A stretch of 62,319 bases of DNA, counting the filler, from Chiloscyllium plagiosum (lineage: Eukaryota), in assembly GCF_004010195.1 (NCBI RefSeq). It is 5 parts of one record of this genome, joined end to end, with 100 filler letters (N's around TTAATTAATTAA, not from the genome) between each part and the next. Parts side by side here need not be neighbours in the genome. Positions count along the whole stretch, not along the records: positions 37,380 to 47,048 come from NC_057713.1; positions 47,149 to 58,641 come from NC_057713.1; 3 more parts are not named here. One strand, given 5' to 3'. Shown here piece after piece: positions 39,372 through 51,691 of the stretch (its first letter is position 1; the number at the start of each line of letters is the position of its first letter). Under the pieces are notes generated by a model, which saw only the letters and a list, made by a program, of their open reading frames with translations, made no database searches and was not told where the DNA came from. A program made the position numbers and the translations under genes.

Positions 39372-40679
39372 NNNNNNNNNNNNNNNNNNNNNNNNNNNNN
39401 NNNNNNNNNNNNNNNNNNNNNNNNNNNNNNNNNNNNNNNNNNNNNNNNNNNNNNNNNNNNNNNNNNNNNNNNNNNNNNNNNNNNNNNNNNNNNNNNNNNN
39501 NNNNNNNNNNNNNNNNNNNNNNNNNNNNNNNNNNNNNNNNNNNNNNNNNNNNNNNNNNNNNNNNNNNNNNNNNNNNNNNNNNNNNNNNNNNNNNNNNNNN
39601 NNNNNNNNNNNNNNNNNNNNNNNNNNNNNNNNNNNNNNNNNNNNNNNNNNNNNNNNNNNNNNNNNNNNNNNNNNNNNNNNNNNNNNNNNNNNNNNNNNNN
39701 NNNNNNNNNNNNNNNNNNNNNNNNNNNNNNNNNNNNNNNNNNNNNNNNNNNNNNNNNNNNNNNNNNNNNNNNNNNNNNNNNNNNNNNNNNNNNNNNNNNN
39801 NNNNNNNNNNNNNNNNNNNNNNNNNNNNNNNNNNNNNNNNNNNNNNNNNNNNNNNNNNNNNNNNNNNNNNNTGCAGCCTTGAACATGGAGGCTAGAACTG
39901 AAATCTCAGATTTGGAGATGTGGTTTTCGATTCATAGGGCACTGGCATTATTACTGAAGAAAGTGGGAGCTGTCTTGCAGGAGGGAATTCAGCTGGACCA
40001 TACAGGGATCTGTGTTCTTTGGTGGTGGAGTGGGCTTCAAACTACATAAAGAGGAAAGGGATCATGTAAGAGACGATGTGCTACATGAACAGGTAACAAC
40101 TAGGTATCAGAGTAGGATAGCAACTCAGGTAATGATAACTAAAGCACAGTCAGAAGGGGCGCAGTGTCTACTCTTAAGAATAGCACTAGCTGATAATGCT
40201 GAAGTTCGGCAATATGATGAAAAGACAGAATTAAAGGTTCTGCTTAAATGCACATGACATTCATAACAGAATAGATGAATTGTTCATAATTATGTATAAA
40301 CTTGTAACTTTTACTGAGACATGTTTGTAAGAGTAGGACTTAACTTTTTTGACATTTCTGACTGGATTTCAAACATAGAAGATGGCAGAAAATGATGTTG
40401 AAGTAGTTCTGATAATCAAGATTGTAATTCACACTGAAGTGAGAGATTGCCGTAGTCAAAACATCAAGCTGTAGAATTAGTGTAGGTCGAAATAAGAAAT
40501 AGGAAATGTCGGAGGTCATTTGCATTTTAACTATTCCCAAACAGTTAATTACACAAAGAAATAAATAAGGTGTGTAAGAAATATTCCACAATAACCATGA
40601 GTAAATTTAATCAGGATGCACATCAGTCAACATAGATTGGTAAAAATAGCTTACAAAATTAAGAGATAAAATGTACCCA

Positions 40680-40962
40680 TGATATCCAAGTGTATGACAC
40701 ACCAGCAGGTTCAAGAACAGCTTCTTCTGTGCCATTGTTAGAATGATGAACAGTCTCACTAACTTCAAATATTGATCTTGTTGATGTTGACCATGTCTTG
40801 TGCACAACTTGTGCAGTGTAATCTGTGTGCCTTACTCTTTCCAAGGTTTTTCACCATATAATCTGTATGTCATTGCTTAATATGATCTGCCTGTACTGCT
40901 GCTTGCAAACAAAGTTTTTCACTGTACTTAGGTACATTTGGCAATAAATCAAACCAATCAAT
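40680..40962 (+). mobile_element. Rex1/Babar LINE 3' end
   Basis: TSRFKNSFF-like coding end; tail tttcactgtacttaggtacatttggcaataaatcaa. Confidence 0.7.
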
Positions 40963-42620
40963 GTCTGAGAGCAGAGTGTTCTAGAGCAAAATTGGGAGTA
41001 CGCTATTCTAAACTAAGAAATGAGCAATGAGAAAAATTAAATAATAACCTCATGGACAAACAACTTCTGAGCAAGTGCAATTGTACCATGATAGAAGTTC
41101 ATGTATAGTTCAAAGGGCGAAGTTTGATTCTAAGACAACATTTTTAAACCAAAATAAAAAGGTGACTATAATGGCGTGAAGGCAGATCCCACTAAGGAAA
41201 ACTGGGAATGTTGGTTAATAGGCAAGATAGCAGAAATATAGTGGAAAGTTTTTAAGGAGATATTTAGTAATGCCCAGCAAAAATGTCTTTCACCTGTTTC
41301 TCCATTTCTTCACAATTTATATGTCATCCATGACTAAATAACAAGGTTAAGGATGTTAAGCTTTAGTGATGCATCACAACATCGGAAATATTTTAAGGAC
41401 TAGCAAAGAATGACAAATAAAGCATAAAGACTCAGAAAGAAATGAGAGAAAGCTAGTGAGCAATTAACAAAACAGCTAATCAGAAATAACACAAGTATTT
41501 GAATAGTAAGAGAGTAACTAAAGGTAATGTTGGTCCTCCATTGAGAATGCTTGGGAAATTAATGAGGGAAACCAGGAAAAAAAACAGAGTCATTGAACAG
41601 ATATTTTGAGATTTCCTGCACTGTTGAATACTGAGAAAACTTCCCATTGACTTGAATATCAAAAGGTGAAAAAGAAACTTGAAAATGTTACCATCAACAG
41701 TGATGCGGAGCTGGGAAAACTATTATGACTAAAATCTGTCAGTCCCCAACACCATATGACATACATGATCAGGTCTGTAAGGAAGTGACTACAGAGATAG
41801 TGGAAGCCTTGGTTATAATGTTCAGAAGTTCTTTAGATTATGAAAGGTTCCCCTTGGATTGAAAAGTAACTCATGTCAAGTCATTGTTCATGAAAAGAGG
41901 TAGACAGATAGCAGAAAAGGGTAGGCCAGTTAGCCAAATATTTGTCACAGGGAAATTGCAAGAATAGATTATTAAGGAATTTATAGTAAGATATTTACAA
42001 AATCATAACACGATCTGATATTTCTGTCAAAGGACGATTTTACTTAAGTAATTTCATTTGAGATGTTTGAGGAATAAAAATAAAAGGAGAAACCTTTGGA
42101 AATGGGGATATTATTGAATTTCCAAAAGGCATTTGATAAACTGGTACAGCAAAAGCCCTTTTTTATATCAACTTTTGATGTTAGTAGTATATCAGTAAGG
42201 ATAAAGGATTGATTATCAGAACCAGAGGGGATAAATGGACCTTGTTTCTCAGCTTAGTGGGCTGTAGCTATTGCAGTGTTACAGGTATCAGGGTAGGGGC
42301 CTGACCCATTTACAATACATATCAATAACTTGGATGTGAGGACCGAAGGTATGGTAGCCACATTTGCCAATGTCACAGAGATAGCTCAGAAAGTAATTTA
42401 TGAGGAGGAGGTAGAAAGTGTGTAAAGGATTATAGGTAGGTTAGGTGTGTAGTCAAAAACATTGACGGTTAAAATATAATGTGGGAAAATGTGAACTTAT
42501 TCACTTTGACTGCTTGTAAAGCAGAGCTTAAACAACAACAAATTGGCCATGAAGTTATTGAACAGTGGAGCAGGTTTGAAGACGAATGACTATCCTTTGT
42601 TCCAATGTCCAATGTTCCCG
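40963..42620 (+). mobile_element. Highly degenerate CR1 LINE
   Basis: Remnants of RPVS, FQKAFDK and FTIHINNLD motifs with many stops. Confidence 0.65.
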
Positions 42621-42984
42621 TGTTCTCTGTAACTGTCTCTTTGTTGCCTCATTGAGACATGGCACTGCAGAAACATGTGTGCCAGTTGATGCTTCCCTCC
42701 TGGGTGGGTAATTGGGTCAGGTAGTTATTTGAGATGGTTCAGGGTGAGTACTTGGTTTGTGTGGGTTACCTTGCCAAGCGCAATCAGATCATGGGGGAGA
42801 TTAGTTGAGGCAGGCCCCTAGAGAGATGGTTAGTCTGGGTTCAGTGAATATTTGTATGGGAACTAGGTAAAGGCCGTATCTGTTCAGATGCTGTTACATG
42901 CAGAAGATTTAGTGGAATTTTATTGTAATTAATGCTGTGTCAATTGTTAAATTTAAATCTGTAATTGATGTCTGATAGGTAACA

Positions 42985-43620
42985 AGAAGAATAGGATGAT
43001 CACTGAATCCCGTACTATCACCATCTGTGCGGTTACCAATGATCAGAAACTCAACTGGACTTACCATTTAAACACAGTAGCTAGAGCAGAAGGCCAGAGT
43101 AACTCATCTCCTGAGTCCTTGAAGCCTGTCTACCATAACAAGGAACAAGTCAGGAGTGTGATGGAGCACTCACTCTGAATAGGTGAACTCATGTAGCTTA
43201 CCATCCAGAACAAAGCAGCCCACTTGATTGGCATCACATCTACAAACACCCACATCCAACAGTGTATCCTGTCTACAAGACGCACAGCAGAAATACACCA
43301 AAAATCCTTAGACAGCATCTTCTAAACCCATGACCACTTCTATCTAGAATGCCAAGGGCAACAGATGCCCGAGAACACCACCACCTGCAGTCACCCTCCC
43401 AGTCTCTCACCATCCTGAGTTGGAAATATATTGCTGTTACTTCACTGATGCTGGATCAAAACCCTGGAATTCCCTCACTAAGGGCATTGTTGCTCTTCTC
43501 ATGTGGACTGGAGCAGTTCAAGAAAATAGCACATCACCACCTTCTCAATGGGATCTCAGGTTGGGCAGTAAAATACTGGCCAGCCAGCAACATTCACAGC
43601 CCCCGAGTGAATTTACAAAA
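42985..43620 (+). mobile_element. LINE family B 3' end
   Basis: DQKLNWTYHLN...KEQVRSVMEHS; tail aaatactggccagccagcaac. Confidence 0.75.
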
Positions 43621-44069
43621 CTCCCAGTTAAATATTCCAGCTTTGAGTAAGTGTGATGGAAGCAGATGTTTGCAACAGAAAATAACAACATTTTATTTGG
43701 AAGATTGTCAGTATTATTAAAGTTGAAAATAGGTTAATCTGAAAAGCAGAAGCATAAATAAAGCAATAAGATGCAAGAGATTTGGATGATAATAACAGCT
43801 TGAAAGCATTTTTACATTTTCAAAGATATTTCAAGGCATTACTGATGGTGAATAATGATGAACGGCCCCCCATTTCAGATTCCAGAATGAACCCCTTTGT
43901 GAAATATGCAATCAAAATACCAATTTTGTAGTTGGAAATCATTGATCATTTTACTACATTTTAGTGGAACAATTTAAGCCATTTTACAATCCTTGAAATG
44001 CACAATGTAGCATTTCTCTAAATATGTATTGGAGCAGTCTGATCAGACTGTGCCTTGTATTCAGAACCA

Positions 44070-44075
44070 TTTATT
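44070..44075 (-). terminator. Candidate polyadenylation signal AATAAA of the NC-motif gene
   Basis: tttatt on the + strand, about 235 nt past the stop codon. Confidence 0.45.
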
Positions 44076-44309
44076 GTGTTGTATTCTGAACATTTATATG
44101 TATGTTTTCTCCAGAGAATCCCATGCAGTTTATGGGGAAATGAATATGATTGCATCAAAAAGACGAGGCAGATTAAAGATACTTCTCTACTCTTTTGTTT
44201 TTGATCACATAAGAATCCAACATTTAGCTGGATTTAGCTGACTGTCTTGTAACTCGGATCATTAAAACATTTCCTCATTACAATCAAAGACATGCAGCAG
44301 TAGAATTAT

Positions 44310-44432
44310 CTATTGTTGCAACATTCTCCTGGAAGTATGGTGGCAGTTGTCAGTGAGCAAATCATAGTTTTCACCGCCTGCTTGCACAAAGTCTCCAACT
44401 GTACGTCCCCATACAAATCTCACGTCCATCAC
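44310..44432 (-). CDS. Terminal coding exon 4: VMDVRFVWGRTVGDFVQAGGENYDLLTDNCHHTSRRMLQQ*
   Basis: Acceptor tttttcattgtgtag|GTG after an 89-nt intron; YxLLxxNCxH motif; stop TAG at 44310-44312. Confidence 0.88.
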   Translation of the reverse strand: MMDVRFVWGRTVGDFVQAGGENYDLLTDNCHHTSRRMLQQ

Positions 44433-44521
44433 CTACACAATGAAAAATGATGCTAATTATCCACTATTCCATAAATGAATTTGGGCTTGAAAAAGAGCTT
44501 CTAGCAAATGTTTAGACTTAC

Positions 44522-44630
44522 TCTCCACTCATCTGACATATGAACAGCATCAACGACAATAGTGTCAGATGAGATACCAAATCCACATCCTTTATGAATC
44601 AACCACTTGTGTCCATCAACTGTGGTAACT
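44522..44630 (-). CDS. Coding exon 3: (R)VTTVDGHKWLIHKGCGFGISSDTIVVDAVHMSDEWR
   Basis: Acceptor caatgtttcag|A and donor AGA|gtaagt; 109 nt, open reading frame, phase 2 to phase 0. Confidence 0.88.
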
Positions 44631-44974
44631 CTGAAACATTGAGAAGTTTTGTCTGCAAATGATCCAAACTTTCACACATTAACTAACAACATTAAGTTTC
44701 TGTTTGTGTGTGTTTTATACCTTTGTCTGAAGATTATTGTAACAACTAGTGTTTATCCCAATTTGGCTGAACAAGTCAATTCCATTGAAAATGAGTTACC
44801 ATTGCACACAAACACAATAATTAGGGACACAAGATTAGCTGGGAAGCTGGCATGATGCAGACTGATGCCAACAGATGGGTTCAATTCCTGCACCAGAAAA
44901 ATTATCATGAAAGCCTCTCTCTGTCTCTTCTCTTGCTTAAAGCATGTTACCTTCAGGTTAAAGTCATCATCACC

Positions 44975-45270
44975 ATGGGCAGCACAATGGCTCAGTAGCC
45001 AAAATTGCTACCTCATAGCACCAGGGAACTATATGTGATTCCACCCTCGGAGTTTGTGTGGAGTTTGCATATTCTCCTCGTATCTGCGTGGAATTCTTCC
45101 GGCTGCTCCATTTTTCTCCCACAATCCAAGGTTGTGCAGGCGGGAGGTATTTGCCATGGGAAATATAGGGCTACAGGGATAGTGTAGGGGATGAGTCCGG
45201 GTGGGGTGCTCTTCAGAGGGGTCAGTGAGGACTCAGTGCTTCCACACTGCAGGGATTCTGGGATTCTTTA
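44975..45270 (+). mobile_element. HE1-type SINE (degenerate), nested in another tRNA-derived SINE (about 44830-45320)
   Basis: gggcagcacaatggctcagt head and tgtgtggagtttgcatattctcc core; the outer element resembles 59590-59785 (-). Confidence 0.7.
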
Positions 45271-45904
45271 ATCAGTCATGGCCTTCGAATGAGAGAGCAG
45301 CCCTATTGCCCCTGGGATTTTATCTTTCTTCACATGTAACAACTAATCCTTAAAAAGTTAACTTATATAAACCACTGCAGGAAATTCAAGAAGGAAACAT
45401 GGGGGTTGACCACCCAGCATAAAACAAGACATTAGTAACCACAAAGGCAAATTCTACCCTAAGGAAAATCACCCTTTCCTCATATCTGAAAATTTTTGCG
45501 AAAAGTGAGGAAGCCATCTCACAACCTAGTCAAGCAGAAATCTGATATCGTCATATTCACAGAATCATTCCTGTCAATCAATGTCCCAGATTCCTCCATC
45601 ATCTCCCTTGATATGTTCAGTCTCACCATCAGAAGCATTGTGCTATTGACAGAACTATATGATCCTACAACTGAAAAACCAGATTAAAGGTCTGAGGTCA
45701 TATTTCATCCAATAGAGAATGGTGGTAAACAGTAAAACAACTAACTGGAGAAAGAGGTTTTACAATCACCTCATCATGAATGATGGCACAGCCCAGCTTA
45801 GCTGTACAAGGAATAAAACTGAAATGTTTGCAAACCTCTTTGGCCTCAAGCATCTAGTGAATTGTCTATCTTGGCCTTCTCCTGAGGTCCCAACATCACA
45901 AACA

Positions 45905-46240
45905 CCTCAGAGAATCCCCACAGTGTGGAAGCAGGCCATTCACCCCATCAGGTCCACATTGGCATTCTGAAGAGCATCCCACTCAGACCCCCCCAATCCC
46001 CATTCCCCCCCACAGACTCTATCCCTGTAACTGAGCCACCCAGCTTGCACATCCCAGGACACTATGGGCAATTTTAGCATAGCCAGTCTACCTAGCCTGC
46101 ACATCTTCAGACTGTGGGAGCACCCAGAAGAAGCCCATGCAGAGACAGGGAGAATGTGCGAACTCTCACAGTCGCCCAAAAGTGGAATTGAGCCCAGCTC
46201 CCTGATGATGTGGGGCCAATGTGCTAACCACTGACCCATT
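45905..46240 (-). mobile_element. HE1-type SINE
   Basis: gggagaatgtgcgaactc core and tRNA-like head. Confidence 0.85.
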
Positions 46241-46309
46241 TGCTATCCTCTTCAGATAATTCCATTAATTCCATGTGACACCAAGTAATGATTGAGTGCA
46301 CTGGACAGA

Positions 46310-46440
46310 GGAGAAAGTGAGGACTGCAGATGCTGGAGATCAGAGTCGAACAGTGTGGTCCTGGAAAAGCACACAGGGTCAGGGAGCATCCGAGGAGCAG
46401 GAGAGTCGACATTTCGGGCATAAACTCTTCATCAGGAATG
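46310..46440 (-). mobile_element. Penelope-like terminal monomer with decayed hammerhead
   Basis: Minus strand cattcCTGATGAagagtttatgcccGAAATGTCgact. Confidence 0.75.
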
Positions 46441-47149
46441 TTGATGAAACCTGTGGTCCCAGTCAACCTTTTCTTTCCAATCCAGCTGCAATCGATGTCA
46501 TTGATGGCACAAAGAGCAGGTATATACTGTTTATATAAAAAGAAATATGTTCCAGCCAATTACTGCCCTATTCTTCCACTCTGAATTAGTAGTAATGTGA
46601 TGGAAGGTCCCATGTCAATGCTATCAAATAGTTTAGATTCAGAAATAACCTGTCCACCGATACTTACTTTGAATTCTGGGAGAGTCACTTGGTGCCTTAC
46701 TCCATTTCATCCTCAGTTTATACGTAGTAACATGAGTTGAAATCCTGAGAGGAGAAGAAAGCAAGTGGTTTTATTACTGAGGTGCATCAATATAATACAA
46801 TCAAAGGGAGAGTGTGTTCCGCTGTCTGGAGTCATATTAAGCAGAAAGGATGGTTATAGTAGAGATGGCTCTTGTTCAGACATTAGCAGTTAAATTTATT
46901 TAAGATGAAAAATCAGATAACACAGTAGTTTCAGTGATCAGGCAATCAATGGTTTCATGGTTTCACTACCCCTGCTCATGACTCTACCCCCATTCCCCCC
47001 ACCATCACACCCACTCCAGGTACTGGCTCTGACCCCACTCCCAGCTCTNNNNNNNNNNNNNNNNNNNNNNNNNNNNNNNNNNNNNNNNNNNNTTAATTAA
47101 TTAANNNNNNNNNNNNNNNNNNNNNNNNNNNNNNNNNNNNNNNNNNNNT

Positions 47150-47395
47150 TGCTGTGGTCTGGAGTCACATGTAGGCCAGACCAGGTACAGATGGCAGTTT
47201 CCTTCCTTTATGAGTATTAGTGAACCAGATGGGTTTTTCTGACATCAAATTTATAGTAGCCATGAGATTGCTAATTCCATATATTGTATTGAAATCAAAT
47301 TCTACCATCTGCCATGGTGGGATTTGAGCTCAGGTCCCCAGAACATTACCTGGATTAACAGTCTCATGGCAATACCACAAGGCCATTATCTCCCT
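47150..47395 (-). mobile_element. tRNA-derived SINE (same family as 3090-3362)
   Basis: B-box-like (+) gggatttgagctc; body ggagtcacatgtaggccagaccagg. Confidence 0.65.
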
Positions 47396-47639
47396 TACTT
47401 CTCATCATGTGTATTTTGTGAGAAAATGAAATGAAAGGTGTTCTACAGTGACTCCAACTTAAAATACAGAAAAAATAAACCAAACCATAGAATATAAAGG
47501 CAGAAAAATTAGGAATTAAAAAAAAAAATCAGTTTTACAGTTCTTCTTGTTATGTGCTCCATAACGGCTATTGCAGAATTGGATGAGTTAGCCATGTTGC
47601 GTTAGGAAGCAGGGTGAGTATTTTAAAAGTTAGGTGTTT

Positions 47640-47800
47640 TGCATCCTGCTGAGAGGACATGTTACACTATAAGTAAACATCTCAATCCAAAGACGGTACC
47701 TCCGACAGTGCATTACTCCCTCAGTAATCTCAGCCTAAAATTTTGCTCACGTTTCTGGAGTAGGATTTAAATCAACAACCTCTTGAATCAGATGTGAGCT
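47640..47800 (-). mobile_element. Deu-domain SINE fragment in intron 2 of the NC-motif gene
   Basis: aaagacggtacctccgacagtgcattactccctcagta...tgctcacgtttctggagtagg. Confidence 0.65.
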
Positions 47801-48225
47801 AACGTGTAATTAGAGGAAACGGATCATCCATAGTTATTTGGCTTGGCTTTTAAAGTTTCTCCACATACTTCCTTGTTTCGAGGAGTTAGTTATTCTGCTT
47901 AGGTGATTATTATACTTGATAGCAACTTGATTCATTAATTTGACATGAGTGACAAGGGCTGTGCATGCTGGATTGTGTTTACTGGGATAGGTTTATCAAT
48001 GAAGGTATGGCATTCCAAAATAACCTCAAAGATCTATCACCTTGAATGTGCATTTCCAGTTGCACGCTGACACTGAAATTTTAGGATATCTGAAGTTTCA
48101 AGAGTCACCACATCACTTTTCAGACCTTATTTTTGCACATACAAAACACAGTGGAAAGTTCCCTTATATGGCACAATTTTAGAGGATACCAAATCAAAAC
48201 CTGAAACTTCGTGCAATTAACTTAC

Positions 48226-48375
48226 CTTACTCCTGAATGTCTTAATCCTAACCAGCCAAAATTATTCAGAGGCCTCATTCAGAGGCTTTTGCCACTGGGG
48301 TGTTGTAGAGCCGTGTCAGTTCAGATTAGCTTGTAATATCATGAGGAAAAGTACAACCTCCAGATGAACTAGAAC
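48226..48375 (-). pseudogene. Coding exon 2, with in-frame TAA (48326-48328) and a frameshift; contains the first putative catalytic His (RHSGVR)
   Basis: Acceptor tttttcttatttag|GTT and donor AAG|gtaagt. A phase 1 to phase 2 exon needs a length of 1 mod 3, but this exon is 150 nt. It reads ...DITS*SELTRLYNTPVAKAS and then, in another frame, MRPLNNFGWLGLRHSGVR. Confidence 0.8.
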
Positions 48376-48579
48376 CTAAATAAGAAAAATGTCAATTTAT
48401 AATTAACACAAATCTCTGTTGCTTGCTTCAAATCATGTGAATGACATCAGAAATAATATGTGAACAGCCATGTGGTGTTAGAGACCTTGAATATCTCTGA
48501 GAAAAATCATTTTTTTGAAACACTGTATGTTACATTTATGAGGAGAATTTACAAGAATACTTTCTGTAAAACAAAACTA

Positions 48580-49280
48580 TTCACAGGAAGTGAGAGTCAC
48601 CAAGGGGGGCCAGCATTTATTGTCCATCACTAGTTGCCCTTGAGAAGTTGATGCTGAGCTGCATTTTTGAACCACTGCTGTCCTTTGGTGTAACCACATC
48701 TACAATACTGTTAGAGAGGGGAGGGGGGTCCAGGATTTTGACCCAGTGATGCAGAAGGAGCAGCAACATATTTCCAGTCAGAATGGTGAATAATGGAACT
48801 TGCAGGTGATGGTGTTCCCATTCAGCTGTTGCTCTTGTCTTTTGAGATGGAAGTAGTTGAGAGCTTGGAAGGTGCTGTCTCAGGAGCCTTGGTGAATTTC
48901 TGCAGTGTGTCTACAAGATGACACACACTCCTGCTACTCAACACTGGTGGTGGCAGTGATAGTGAATATTTGTGGATGTTGTGATAATCAACAGGACCTC
49001 TTGGACCTGGAAGGTATCAAGTTGCTTGTGAGCTGATGGTGCAGCACTCATTCAGACAAGTGGGAGTCTCACTGGATCACACTCCTGACTTAAACCCTGG
49101 AGAACGGGGCCTGATCTTGGGGAGTCGGGAGTGATTTTTTCATTGCAGGCTTCCTGGCTTCTAATCTGCTCTTGCAGTCACAGTATTTATATAGGAATTT
49201 TAGATCAGCTTCTGTTCAATGGTAATCTCTAATTTGTTAATATTGGGGAAATCAGTGATGGTAATGCCATTGACTATCAA
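48580..49280 (-). mobile_element. LINE family B 3' end
   Basis: Reverse complement of the 43000-43620 type sequence. Confidence 0.7.
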
Positions 49281-51159
49281 AAGAAAATATTTTTTTCAAT
49301 GTGTGAGTGCTTATTAGTGAGTTAATGTAATCTGATTAGTAGAGGCATTGTAATGCAACATGCATCAGTTAGAGGATGAGTGAAAGTTAACTGCCAATAG
49401 GATTTGAACTTTTAAACTAGGCTGGTTGACTCTGATTGCTTAAAGCATTTCCCTGTCAGATGAATCAGAAAGTGATTGTCACCTATTCTATCCCATTGAA
49501 ACAGGGGCCACGTGTGTACACATTCCTTCTGTTCTCAACAAACAGGACCGTGTATTAATATATGTAGTTTCCATTCTACACACAATGTGCAAATGTGCTA
49601 CATTGCAAGTCCTACTGGAAAACCCAAATTGGTTATTAGTGTAATTCTTTAAGCACACAGGATTATGGAACAACCGTTGCACAATTGCACATTATAACAT
49701 TTGATTTTGAATTTAGCAAGTACATATTCATTGCCACACTCAGTACCCTGCCTTTGGGATATACAACCAACATACGTAGCACTACATCAGCATTGAAGTC
49801 AATATACCACATTGCCCATTTGTGTGACAGACTGAAAGTATCTCAGGCCTATCAGCAGCATCCCATTCGTGACAGAGTGATAAATACTTGAGGGTAATAT
49901 TGCAATTAACCTGAGTCCACCTGTCAACCAATCAGCACTCTCCTCTTACACAATGTTGAATTGTTGCTTTCCCATTACCTCAGTAATTGGTATAGATTGC
50001 CCTGATCAGGAGAAAAAGACATCCTTTGACAAAATGCAACTCTTTATATCCATATTCAATCAATATATTCTTTAGTAATAAAAGTAATGATTTAAGCCTT
50101 TCTGCTGCAATAAAATAAACTATTTATCATGAAGTACCAGCTTTAACACTGTGATGTGTTCATATAACTCATGCAGCAATGTCTCCACCCACAAACGTGA
50201 GCAGTGGACCCTGACAGGGTTGAAAGCCAGCAAGGCAGAGACGTCTTGCAAGAAAGACCTAACCATCTTTCACATCTGTGACCTTTACCACAAAGAGGTG
50301 AAGGCTGGCCGATGCATAGGAGCACCAGCAGTATCAGGTTCACCTCCAAGCTACACAACATTCTGACTCCGCACTTGACTGCAATCCCTTGACTGTCACT
50401 GGGTCAAAATCCTGAAGTTCTCTTGTGGGTTCATCCCACCTTGGATGGATGCAGTTCCAGAAAGTGGCTCATGATCATTTTCTTGAGGCCTATTTGGGAT
50501 GGATAATAAATGCTGGCCCAGCCAGAGATGCCCATATCCCATGAACAAATGAAATAAACAGTGGACAAGACAGAAGCTCAGTGCAGGAGAAAGTTCGATC
50601 ATTCAAGTCTGGCAGTCAGTTTTATCCATGGAGTAATAGGTGCTGAGATGACATCCAATCTCTGGTGGTGGACATGCACCCGTCCCTATTGAAAGTGACT
50701 GTTATCATTAACTTTCACACCTCAGGATCATTCCAGGATCCTGGAGAGGATTTTTGCATTATGTTGCAGCCAGCTGCCCTTAATGAATGTAGTTACATGG
50801 GAAACACTGTTCAGGAGAGTAAATGCTATTGTAGAGTTCAGAGCAAATCAGGAGAACTTGCATTCAGGATGTGTAAGAGGTGAGGGGGATGATCTCTAGT
50901 TTCCGGAAAAGCCAGGGGCCATTGAGTGGAAGCCATGTGATAGTCAGAGTAATTGTGGGGCATGCTGGGATTTCACATGCTCACAGCTCCTTCTGATCAC
51001 CATATCCTATCGAATCCCCATGTTAGAGTAGGGAAAGAAACCAGCACCCATTGACTGGTCTGCATCAGCGTTCTGGATCCCAATGCTCAAACAACAGAAA
51101 GTATTAAAATTGACCCAACTGTTTGTAGAGTTATACCTATTGTTTTAATCAGGTAAACG

Positions 51160-51310
51160 GACAAAAAGAACTGCAGATGATGGAATTCTGAAACCAAAAC
51201 AGGGGGAAAGCTCTGACGAAAGATCGCTAGACTTGAAACATTAACTTTACTTTCTCTCTACAGACTCTGCCACACCTTCTGATTTTCTCAAGCATTCTTT
51301 CTTTGTATTA
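51160..51310 (+). mobile_element. Degenerate Penelope-like element with hammerhead remnant
   Basis: agctCTGACGAaagatcgctagacttGAAACATTaact at 51209-51246. Confidence 0.6.
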
Positions 51311-51630
51311 ATCAAGGCTGCTAAGGCAGCAAATGTAAATTATGGTCATTCTACAACTTGGATCATCCTCGTGCATTGTTTATATAAGCGTTTCCATCAT
51401 GTTACAGACTGGCCAGGCAGGTTTTAGTCTAAGAGTCAGATCTGATCAAGAATACACCTTTGCATTAACACCTAACCACATAGCTCCTTGTTTTATGATC
51501 TGTAGAACTTAAGTCAAATGTGCCTTAATGTGGTCTTCATATTACCAGTCACATTGTATGTTAAAAGGTATACAATTATTTCATTGCAGAGCTAGAGTTT
51601 GAATAAATATCTAAATATTTAAATACTCAC

Positions 51631-51691
51631 TTGGAGCTGCATTAACAGCACAGAAGTAAATTGCAAGAATCACCAGGAACATAATCCTCAT
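51631..51691 (-). CDS. Coding exon 1, signal peptide MRIMFLVILAIYFCAVNA-AP (whole exon 51631-51702)
   Basis: Acceptor tttttcattctgtag|GCAC; ATG at 51691; basic residue, hydrophobic core and VNA-AP cleavage-like site; phase-1 donor CCAA|gtgagt. Confidence 0.85.

Noticed and set aside
39188..40049. Long ORFs of 212-239 aa, and the extension of the 527-aa ORF over 55774-56250
   Set aside because: They are inflated by runs of N translated as X.
49488..49682. Cys/His-containing minus-strand ORF inside intron 1 of the NC-motif gene, as an alternative exon 2
   Set aside because: It ends in a stop, has a weak donor and lacks the HSGV motif, so it cannot restore the protein.
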